This document shows, piece by piece, positions 1 to 7,109 of a stretch of 10,962 bases of DNA. Source of the stretch: Polyangiales bacterium (GTDB lineage Bacteria; Myxococcota_A; Polyangia; Polyangiales; Houyiibacteriaceae); the NCBI GenBank assembly GCA_045106895.1, contig JBGCFM010000207.1:1-10962 (forward strand), written 5' to 3'. The translations under genes and the position numbers were made by a program. The stretch's first letter is position 1. Every line of letters starts with the position of its first letter. Under the pieces are notes generated by a model. It saw nothing but the letters and a program-made list of their open reading frames with translations. It did not search any database and was not told where the DNA came from.

Positions 1-285
1 AGAAATGTGTAACGCATCGTTTTGTTTCCTAGGTAGTGGTTCGATTAGGCCGCAATGGCACCAGTATTGGCAAGACGAAGCCCAAGGCTCAGCTCCCGCC
101 AACGGTGAAAAGTCCGGAGGTTTCCGCCTTTTCACCCGCACGACGGATGGGAAGCGCCCCAATCGACACCTGCGCGAAAATTCTTTCTGAAAGGTCGAAA
201 GAGCCAAAGCCCAAGAGCAACCCGTGTACTGCACCCGATTCCGTCGTTGGAACCCCGAGCGTTTCGGAGCGGCCGCCCGTCGCCA

Positions 286-475
286 ATAAGTTGCAACCGG
301 TTGGGGTTCGCGAGCGTGTGCTGCAAGTAGTCAGTTCAACCCAGTGCAAATCTGTCCTGATGGCCGGATGATGGTCTTGTGAGCGTCTCGCACCGGCCTC
401 GGACGCCAGGCCTCGCCGGCGGACGTCTATAAGTTGCAACCGGGTTGGGTCGCGTCTGCTGGGGTCGCGTCTGCT
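286..475. repeat. Left cluster of palindromic REP-like repeats
   Basis: ATAAGTTGCAACCGG(G)TTGGG at 286-305 and 429-449, differing by a 1-nt indel. Palindrome CAACC-G-GGTTG at 437-447. GGGTCGCGTCTGCT twice, at 447-460 and 462-475. All read directly from the sequence. Confidence 0.85.
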
Positions 476-674
476 TCATCAGGGTCTACGAACGTGAGGT
501 GCACGTCGACGTCATCGATGCTCACCGCTGGTCGACGCCGGCGGACGCCGGTTCGTCGGGTCGGGATAAAATGTTGATATCCGCAGGACGCTGGGAACTA
601 CTCGAGCTCCCGTACTGGGCCCTCCACTGCTGGGCCTTCTTTCGCGGAATCCAGTTCTCCCAAGCGTTGGCTGA

Positions 675-1127
675 TCAGGGGTCTTTTCTTTGGTCCAACC
701 GTTTCGACGCGACTTCCTGAACTCGCTGAGAGGGGTCTTTGGCGAGCACGCGAAGCAGCGTCTCCTCGCAGCGTTTGTTTGTCGCCACCGTTTCGCGCAC
801 GTAGTCGACTGGATCGCGGGAAAGCATGGACAAGATAGCGTTCGGCGTTCGGCGATGGCTCGCCACGTGCTGGCGGACGCCCGGGTACTTGTCGCCGGAC
901 AGCTGAGTGAGCGCCTCTTTGGACGACTTTGCATTTAGAGCGACGCCATACCGAACCTCGAAGTCCACGTCCGAGGCAAGCACCATGAGGACGTCGGGCG
1001 GCGTCTTCCAGTTGCTCGCAACCGCCCTGCGGACTTCTTTGTGTGTATGGGAAGCCAGCTGTGCCAGCCTCGATGGTGGGGCCTTTTTTGATTGAGCCTC
1101 CCTCACTAGTGCGTCGATGTTCTCCAC
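675..1127 (-). CDS. Leucine-rich repeat variant (LRV)/HEAT-like alpha-helical repeat protein, 150 aa
   Basis: Four complete 26-aa units with consensus VRxxVAxNxxTPxxxLxxLAxD (VRRAVASNWKTPPDVLMVLASDVDFE, VRYGVALNAKSSKEALTQLSGDKYPG, VRQHVASHRRTPNAILSMLSRDPVDY, VRETVATNKRCEETLLRVLAKDPSQR), plus partial units at both ends. GTG start; exact start uncertain. Confidence 0.85.
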   Translation of the reverse strand: MENIDALVREAQSKKAPPSRLAQLASHTHKEVRRAVASNWKTPPDVLMVLASDVDFEVRYGVALNAKSSKEALTQLSGDKYPGVRQHVASHRRTPNAILSMLSRDPVDYVRETVATNKRCEETLLRVLAKDPSQRVQEVASKRLDQRKDP

Positions 1128-1182
1128 CGAATAACTCTACCCCACGCAAAGGGCTGACCGCCAGGCATCGCCCGACCTACAA

Positions 1183-1261
1183 CGACCTCGACGGGGGTGA
1201 TGCACCCAACGCACGCGTTCATGAGTGCGAAGGATGCAGCGACCCAGCGACCTCAACCCGG
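1183..1261. repeat. Degenerate copies of the palindromic repeat between the LRV and zinc-ribbon genes
   Basis: CGACCTCGACGGGGGTGAT (1183-1201) matches 1746-1764 at 17/19. GCGACCTCAACCCGG (1247-1261) matches 1745-1759 at 13/15. Confidence 0.55.
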
Positions 1262-1301
1262 CCGCAAAATATCGGCGTCAGCAAGCAGGTCAGATGGAGC
1301 A

Positions 1302-1634
1302 CTAGCGAAATGGTCCCTTCGCTGGCGGGCCGACTCGTTCCCAGCCGTCGTAACTATCGAGAGGCTCTCGAAATGCATCATCTGCAAGGTAGGTTTCAGT
1401 GTAGTGACAATCGCTGCAGGCAAACTGAAGTAGATCGACAGGCCAAAAGTTGGGCTTACGAACTCTATGTTGGCTGATCGTTTCTTCACTAATTGATTCG
1501 GCCTTCCAGTGGGGGTTGCTTTCAATGAGCCTCTCAACGATCCAGCTGTCCGGAATACTGGTCTTAACGCTTCGATGACATTCGGCGCGAAAGATATTCT
1601 TTCCCTGACACACGCGACATGTTCCGTTCTTCAT
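1302..1634 (-). CDS. Hypothetical zinc-ribbon-type protein (two CxxC knuckles), 110 aa
   Basis: ATG start. N-terminal MKNGTCRVCQGKNIF and internal FACSDCHYTETY fit a split 4-Cys zinc ribbon. Locally AT-rich (54/120 G+C over 1381-1500). Confidence 0.75.
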   Translation of the reverse strand: MKNGTCRVCQGKNIFRAECHRSVKTSIPDSWIVERLIESNPHWKAESISEETISQHRVRKPNFWPVDLLQFACSDCHYTETYLADDAFREPLDSYDGWERVGPPAKGPFR

Positions 1635-1690
1635 GCGGGCACGATCTCATCAAACGCAAGCGTGCTCAAATTGGCGGCCGTAGGGGGCGG

Positions 1691-1916
1691 GACGCGACCT
1701 CACGGGAAGACCGCACGGGAACGCGACCGGGTTGATTGAAGAACGCGACCTCGACCGGGTTGATTGAGGGAAGCGCGGCGCTGAAGAGCAACATCGAGTG
1801 CCTCCGAGAACGCGACCTCGACCGGGTTGATTGAGGAAGCGGGCCGTTGAAGAGGAGCAACCGGGTTGGGGTCGGCGGCAACCGGGTTGGGGGCGGCGTG
1901 CTCAACCGGGTTGGGG
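1691..1916. repeat. Intergenic array of palindromic repeats downstream of the FAD oxidase
   Basis: Identical 30-mer AGAACGCGACCTCGACCGGGTTGATTGAGG at 1740-1769 and 1807-1836. A copy lacking 6 nt at 1719-1739. CAACCGGGTTGGGG three times (1858-1871, 1879-1892, 1903-1916). GACGCGACC at 1691-1699. Confidence 0.92.
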
Positions 1917-1928
1917 TAGCGGGGGTCT

Positions 1929-3266
1929 CTACAGCGAGAAGACGCCGCGGATCCACGGATTGGCGAACTTCGCGTCCGGATCGTAGCTCTCGCGGACCTT
2001 TGCGAACTCGTCGAATCGGGGGAAGCACGCTCGCATCTGCGCGCCATCAAAGTTCGCCTCTTTGCCCCAGTGGGGGCGTGCATCGTGCTTGCTTGCGAAG
2101 CGAAGAAAGGTCGCCAGCTGATCATCCCAACGCGCGCTCTTGTCGATGTTGTAGAGCGAGAGCCAGATCGAGTCGCGTCCGTAGGAGGGGCTTGCCCAGA
2201 AGTTGTCCGCCGCCGTGAAGCGGATCTCCTGAATGAAACTAAAAGCGTATCCGCAGCCGAGGAGCAAATCGCGATACTCGCGTAGCAAGTCGACGGCGTT
2301 GCTGTAATCGAACGCCCACTCGCTCTCGCGATGCACGGGCGGCTCGGGCGTGAGAAACGCGACGTGGCTCTTGCAGATCCGCTCGAAGCGCTTGCCATAC
2401 GCTTGACCGATCATGCGATTCGTTCGCCGCACCATGCGGTCGCGATCGAAGATGTTTCTTGAAGGAGCTTTTCGCCCCGGCCGCCGGCTCACCCCAAACT
2501 TATGGAGCGCAAGCATGGCGCGGTACCCCGCCCCGGCGATGACGTCGTCCTTTAGCCAGCGCGTGAAGTCACTGTCGTTCCGTGGAGCGCTGGTGCGGTT
2601 CTGCCGAAACACGATCACTTTGTCTTCGCCGACCAGCCACCAGAACTTGAAGTGGTCATGAGCGCGTACAAGATCGTCCAAGTTGGCGAGGAGCTCGTCG
2701 AAGGGCATCGTCTCGGTGATGGCGTGCATCTGATAGGTCGGCACCACCGAGAGGGTCATCTCGTAGACGATGCCGAAGGCGCCGAGGCCGACCACGACGG
2801 CAGGGAAGTCTGGATGATCTCGGTCGATCTCTCGGCGCTCCCCGCGCCCGTCGATGAGCGCCAGGCTCTGAACTTGCGCCGCGAGGCACTGAAACGCGAG
2901 ACCTGTACCGTGCGTGCCCGTCGAGATCGCACCGGCAAGAGACTGCGTCGCGATGGAGCCGAGATTCTCAAGGGCGAGACCGTGTCCCTCGAGCTCCGCG
3001 ATGAGTTCCGTGAGGCGAATCCCAGCCTGCACCCGGACCTGGAGCTTGTCGCGATCGACGTGCAACACACTCTTCATCGAGTCGAGCGAGACCAGAACAT
3101 CGTCCGTGACGATGCCGGCTGACCACGAATGACGTGCGCCCATGGCTCGCACACGCCGCGCGCCACGAACGAGCGTTTCGAGTTCCCGGACACTCGCCGG
3201 AGTCGACACCCGGCGCGGAGAAAAACTCAAGGTCCGGCCGTAGTTCTGAACTGCCTTCGCTGCCAT
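1929..3266 (-). CDS. FAD-linked aldonolactone oxidoreductase (D-arabinono-1,4-lactone oxidase / L-gulonolactone oxidase family, VAO/PCMH fold), 445 aa
   Basis: N-terminal FAD_binding_4 motifs (VRAMGARHSWS with the candidate covalent-FAD His, VRVQAGIRL, GAISTGTHGTG, GLGAFGIV). ALO-domain motifs QEIRF (ExR), ARPHWGK (HWxK) and DPDAKFAN. Substrate cannot be determined from sequence. Confidence 0.93.
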   Translation of the reverse strand: MAAKAVQNYGRTLSFSPRRVSTPASVRELETLVRGARRVRAMGARHSWSAGIVTDDVLVSLDSMKSVLHVDRDKLQVRVQAGIRLTELIAELEGHGLALENLGSIATQSLAGAISTGTHGTGLAFQCLAAQVQSLALIDGRGERREIDRDHPDFPAVVVGLGAFGIVYEMTLSVVPTYQMHAITETMPFDELLANLDDLVRAHDHFKFWWLVGEDKVIVFRQNRTSAPRNDSDFTRWLKDDVIAGAGYRAMLALHKFGVSRRPGRKAPSRNIFDRDRMVRRTNRMIGQAYGKRFERICKSHVAFLTPEPPVHRESEWAFDYSNAVDLLREYRDLLLGCGYAFSFIQEIRFTAADNFWASPSYGRDSIWLSLYNIDKSARWDDQLATFLRFASKHDARPHWGKEANFDGAQMRACFPRFDEFAKVRESYDPDAKFANPWIRGVFSL

Positions 3267-3298
3267 GATCTGTGGAGCCTACTCCGGAGACTCCGGAA

Positions 3299-4708
3299 CT
3301 AAATCAAACGAGGCAACGCGCCTCGACCCTCATCGAGATTACCAAAGGAGTCTTCTTCCACTCCGAGGTAGTTGAGAATCGACACCAGAAGCTCGTTCTG
3401 AGTGTTGCCATCGTACCGAATGTAGCGACCCATTCGGAAATGGCCGGCTGCGCCGCCCGCCAAGAGCAAGGGCATGTTCGTTTGTCGGTGGTTCCCCGTG
3501 GTGATCTCGCTGCCCCACATCATCAGGGTGTTGTCGAGCAGGGTGCCGCCAGCTGGGTCCGGTCGGTCCTCCAGCTGCTCCATAAGATAGGCGACTTCAC
3601 CCGCGTACCAACGCCCGATTGCAGAGAGCGCTCGGTCGGCAGCGGCCTCACCTGTCTTGTGTGACCAAGTATGGTGCGTGTCGGTTCCGGTTTCTGGCAA
3701 GTGCGGGAAGGTCTGTTGGCTCGTAGCGCCTCCCCACATGAAGGTCGCGATCTGCGCCATGTTGCAGGACATCGCAGCGACCATCATGTCGATCATCAAG
3801 CGCGAGGTTTGCGGAGCGTTCTCGTCGGTGTTGGACGGATCAGCCGGCTCACCAGGAGCCGAACACGCCATCGCTTCCTGGTCCGCCAACTCGTTGATTC
3901 CATTTTCGATGGAACGAATGCTCGTCAAATGAACATCGAGCTTGAGTCGGTCCTCCGAACCAATACGCGGCTGAAGGTACGCGAGCTGGTCTTTGACCAA
4001 ATCGATGACACTTAGGTCACGCCGCCGAATCGCCTCCCGCTCGGCGGCGCCTAGATCCAACCCGGCAAAGACACGATCAAAGAGATTCCTCGGGTTCTGC
4101 TCCGGCGTAATGGGTTGGTCGCTGCCGCTGTAGCTGAGCCTGTTCCGTGGGTTCGCGCCCCGGTTTCGCACGGCGAGTTCGAGCGTCCTCGCTCCCAGTC
4201 GCTCTTTCACATACTGGTCGAGGGAGATGTGCGAGCCCCATCCACTACTGGTGTCGCCGCCGCCCGCGAACTCATCGCTTTCGAGGAGACCCGAGCCCGA
4301 CATGTACTTGTGCGCCCCGTTGGCGTGGTTGTTCCCGAAACCTCCACTTGGGTAGTCGATGCCTTGAAGCACGCTCACTTGAGACTTGAAAGGCGTCAGA
4401 GGTTCGAGAATGGAGCCGAACTCAAAGTCGTCTTCGCTGCCCGTGGGCTGCCAGTTTTCGTGAACGGTTCCATTGCCGGTGAACAGCGCAATGAAGCGGC
4501 GGACCCGAAGCGGATCCTGAGCCGTGGAGGAAAGCACTGGAAGAAAAGGCGCAAGCGCGGCTCCAGCACCCAAGCCGATCAGGAGGTTACGGCGGGAGAA
4601 TGCGCCCTTCACAACACTGCGTTTGCGACGATGGATGTTCTTCGTTTGAGCCGACCTGCTCTTATCTGACTTGCTCTTATTCGATTTGCTCTTATTCGAT
4701 TCGCTCAC
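3299..4708 (-). CDS. DUF1552 (HSL/Planctomycete-myxobacterial) family protein with Tat signal, 469 aa
   Basis: SRRNLLIGLGAGAALAPFL Tat signal and family motifs (FGSILEPL, ISLDQ, NPRNLFDRVF, SVIDLV, DRLKLDVHLTSIRSIE, GTLLDNT, MPLLLAGG). Start moved from 4825 to GTG 4708 because it overlaps the upstream stop (GTGA) and has GGAGG (4716-4720) 7 nt upstream. Confidence 0.92.
   Translation of the reverse strand: MSESNKSKSNKSKSDKSRSAQTKNIHRRKRSVVKGAFSRRNLLIGLGAGAALAPFLPVLSSTAQDPLRVRRFIALFTGNGTVHENWQPTGSEDDFEFGSILEPLTPFKSQVSVLQGIDYPSGGFGNNHANGAHKYMSGSGLLESDEFAGGGDTSSGWGSHISLDQYVKERLGARTLELAVRNRGANPRNRLSYSGSDQPITPEQNPRNLFDRVFAGLDLGAAEREAIRRRDLSVIDLVKDQLAYLQPRIGSEDRLKLDVHLTSIRSIENGINELADQEAMACSAPGEPADPSNTDENAPQTSRLMIDMMVAAMSCNMAQIATFMWGGATSQQTFPHLPETGTDTHHTWSHKTGEAAADRALSAIGRWYAGEVAYLMEQLEDRPDPAGGTLLDNTLMMWGSEITTGNHRQTNMPLLLAGGAAGHFRMGRYIRYDGNTQNELLVSILNYLGVEEDSFGNLDEGRGALPRLI
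4656..4700. repeat. 3 x 15-bp in-frame tandem repeat in the DUF1552 N-terminus
   Basis: CTGCTCTTATCTGAC / TTGCTCTTATTCGAT / TTGCTCTTATTCGAT, encoding SNKSK-SNKSK-SDKSR on the minus strand. Confidence 0.9.
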
Positions 4709-6333
4709 GGGGACACCTCCGTTTTGATGTGTCGCATTGCGTCTGACACCGCGATTTCGATGAGAAGCTCTCGAACGTTGAAGTCCGATGCTTCGAAGGC
4801 TGCGAAGAGTTGTTCGAGTTGCCAACGGTCTTCGAGCGCTGGGAAACGGCCCAGCGCGTAGGTGACAAGTTGTTGGAGCAAACAGCCCCGAACAATATTA
4901 GAGCCCGCAAGTCTCTCGGAGAGCTCAATCACCCCTTCAAACTCGCCATCGATTTCGCGAGTGGCTACCAACTCACCTGTGTCATCGATGTCCAAACCGT
5001 TCTCGGTTTCGTTGAAGCGCCCGATCGCGTCGTAGGCTTCGAACCCGAAACCAATCCCATCGATGCGCGCGTGACAAGAGCCACACCTCGGATTTGCCGT
5101 GACTGCAGCGAAGCGCTCTCGTGTTGTCTGATCCGGGTTCGCCGGTGGCGGCTCGTCGATCACATCGTTGGGCGGGTCATTGAGTGGCTGACAAAGCACG
5201 TTCTCGCGAATGATGACGCCACGGTGGATGGGTGAGGTCTGCGACGCGTGAGCATGGCGCGCCAAAAAGCTGCCTTGGGTGAGAAGACCACTGCGTTGAT
5301 TCTCCGCAAACACCCGTGCGTCGTCCGGTAAATCTCCGCCCGCTGGCTCCATCGGCCCGTAGACAACCGAAAGCTCGTCGCTCGGGAAGGAGAAGGGGGC
5401 CGTGAAGAGAGTGTCCATTTGTCCATCGCCCTCTTGAATAACGTATTGAACGAAACGGCGTGTCTCGCTCAAAAGTGCCCGAGCTGTGTCCTCGGTGTAG
5501 TCAGCGAAGAGCTCTCGGTCCTTCGTGTGTTCGTCAAGGTCTTCGATGTGAAGCCAAGCGAGGAAGAACTCTTCGATGGTGTCACCTGCACGAGCATCAT
5601 CCAGAAGACGAGTCGCTTGAGCCCGAAGCACATCGTCTTCGAGCAAAGAAGCATCGGCAGCCGCATCGAGGAGCTCTTGGTCGGGTGCGGACTTCCACAG
5701 GAAGAATGAAAGTCGCGAAGCGAGCGAGTAGGCGTCGAGGGGCTTGAGGTCTTCTTCGGACATCGCAGCCCAGTCGAAGATGTAGAGGAAGTACGGTGAG
5801 TTCAGAGCTGCGCGTGTCACCAACCGGACGCCGGACTCAAAGCTGTCTTCAGCGCCCAACTCAAACACAACCTTGAGAGCGCTCAAGTCCTCGGGCGTCA
5901 CTGCCCTTCGGTATGTTCGCACGGCGAGCCATTCGATGTACGCGTCTGCACAGGCGTCGCTTTCAACATCGCACGACGCGACGTAGTCGGCGATCTTCGG
6001 CGCCGCTAGCTCAGCGATTTCAATCGCCGCCGAATCGTAGTTTCGCAACTCAAACTCTTGAGGCGGCGCGACGGTATTGCTCGAGAAAGGACCGACTCTC
6101 TCGTCCTCGCCAAAGCTGCGCGTGAAGTTCCCTTCAACGGCAAATATCTCGGTGATGGAGTTTGTGTACTCGGTCCGCGTCAGACGCCTCAGAGGCGCGC
6201 GGCCCAAATCCCGCACAGCCGGTTCTAAAGGCTCGACTCCAGGGTTTAGCGTCACTGGGTCGTCGCTTGGCCTGTCTTCGATGGTGCCCTCGCACGCCAG
6301 GCACAACAACAACGAACACAGGAGATAGCGCAT
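4705..6333 (-). CDS. DUF1592-family multidomain protein (DUF1587/1595/1592/1588/1585 architecture), probable lipoprotein with one CxxCH, 542 aa
   Basis: Motifs LRRLTRTEYTNSI, ALNSPYFLY, LASRLSFFLWKSAPDQELL, RSGLLTQGSFL, TSPIHRGVIIRENVLC, CGSCHARIDGIGFGFEAYDAIGRF and TYALGR. ATG 6333 gives the lipoprotein-like signal MRYLLCSLLLCLAC. Canonically paired with a downstream DUF1552 gene. Confidence 0.93.
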   Translation of the reverse strand: MRYLLCSLLLCLACEGTIEDRPSDDPVTLNPGVEPLEPAVRDLGRAPLRRLTRTEYTNSITEIFAVEGNFTRSFGEDERVGPFSSNTVAPPQEFELRNYDSAAIEIAELAAPKIADYVASCDVESDACADAYIEWLAVRTYRRAVTPEDLSALKVVFELGAEDSFESGVRLVTRAALNSPYFLYIFDWAAMSEEDLKPLDAYSLASRLSFFLWKSAPDQELLDAAADASLLEDDVLRAQATRLLDDARAGDTIEEFFLAWLHIEDLDEHTKDRELFADYTEDTARALLSETRRFVQYVIQEGDGQMDTLFTAPFSFPSDELSVVYGPMEPAGGDLPDDARVFAENQRSGLLTQGSFLARHAHASQTSPIHRGVIIRENVLCQPLNDPPNDVIDEPPPANPDQTTRERFAAVTANPRCGSCHARIDGIGFGFEAYDAIGRFNETENGLDIDDTGELVATREIDGEFEGVIELSERLAGSNIVRGCLLQQLVTYALGRFPALEDRWQLEQLFAAFEASDFNVRELLIEIAVSDAMRHIKTEVSP

Positions 6334-6512
6334 AGTCGCAATCGTACCGCATCGTCGGGGAAAAGGCCGCGCACAAATGGTGATTGCATCGCCCAACGCA
6401 GGGGGCCAAATGTGAAATCCAAGTACGAGCGACCCGAAGTAGGCCTTCGCTTCACAGCGAAGTAGGAACGCTCGCGTGCGCGATCACCGCAACACATGCG
6501 ATAAGCGCATGC

Positions 6513-6986
6513 ATGTCAGAACACCGGGCAACAGTTCGTTGGAAACGAGAGTCGTCAGACTTTGAATACAAGCACTACAACCGCGAACACGAGTGGAAGT
6601 TCGAACATGGATTCGTCGTTGGTGCGTCGGCGGCGCCCGACTACCTCGGCAAACCGGGTTACGTCGACCCAGAAGAAGCCTTCGTCGCCAGCATCTCCAG
6701 CTGTCACATGCTCACGTTTCTAGCCATCGCGTCGAAGAGAAAGTTCGTGGTTGAGAACTACACGGACGATGCTGTTGGGTTCTTGGAGAAGACTCCACAA
6801 AGCAGGATGGCGATATCGCGAGTCGAACTGCGGCCCACCATAGTCTTCAGCGGCGAACCACCGACGCCGGCGCAAATCGAAAAGATGCACGAGTCCGCGC
6901 ACCGAAACTGCTTTATCGCGAACTCCGTCACAGCGCGCATCGATGTGCTGCCGAGTTCCGAAGACCCAAGTGGTGGCGTCGCGTAG
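6513..6986 (+). CDS. OsmC/Ohr-family peroxiredoxin-like protein, 157 aa
   Basis: Two-Cys motifs DPEEAFVASISSCHMLTFL and AHRNCFIANSV. Start placed at ATG 6513 (MSEHRATVRW) to match the usual family N-terminus. Confidence 0.93.
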   Translation: MSEHRATVRWKRESSDFEYKHYNREHEWKFEHGFVVGASAAPDYLGKPGYVDPEEAFVASISSCHMLTFLAIASKRKFVVENYTDDAVGFLEKTPQSRMAISRVELRPTIVFSGEPPTPAQIEKMHESAHRNCFIANSVTARIDVLPSSEDPSGGVA

Positions 6987-7109
6987 GACGACTTCAGGAC
7001 TTCCGGCCCATACGGTCCGTGCCTTCGCTCATAGCCGCCGCTAATGCTCGACCATAGGCTCGGGCCACTCTCGACAACACATGTCGGGTACGAAAAGGAT
7101 GCACGAGCA

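Noticed and set aside
56..70. Sigma-54 promoter TGGCAC-N5-TTGG
   Set aside because: The -12 element is GG rather than GC, and no credible plus-strand gene follows.
5..720. Short ORFs 5..190, 36..371, 89..439, 132..326 and 445..720
   Set aside because: No recognisable motifs, and several run through the repeat cluster. A decayed gene fragment cannot be excluded.
1719..1916. CRISPR array
   Set aside because: Only two identical 30-mers. The intervening sequences are related to each other, the other units are 14 bp with 7-10 bp spacers, and no cas genes are present.
1666..2398. ORFs 1666..2028, 1700..2398 and 1847..2218 with repetitive peptides (NPVEVAF, NRVGVG)
   Set aside because: These are translations of the DNA repeat array overlapping the oxidase gene in shadow frames.
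3274..3297. Overlapping mini-hairpins (TCCGGAG-A-CTCCGGA; GGAG-CCTA-CTCC) as a terminator between DUF1552 and the oxidase
   Set aside because: Short stems, no U-tract and a GC-rich background; too weak to call.
4709..4825. Track start of the DUF1552 ORF at 4825 (similarly 6396, 6384 and 7044 for neighbouring genes)
   Set aside because: The extensions overlap other genes or precede clear signal peptides or family N-termini; the downstream starts fit better.
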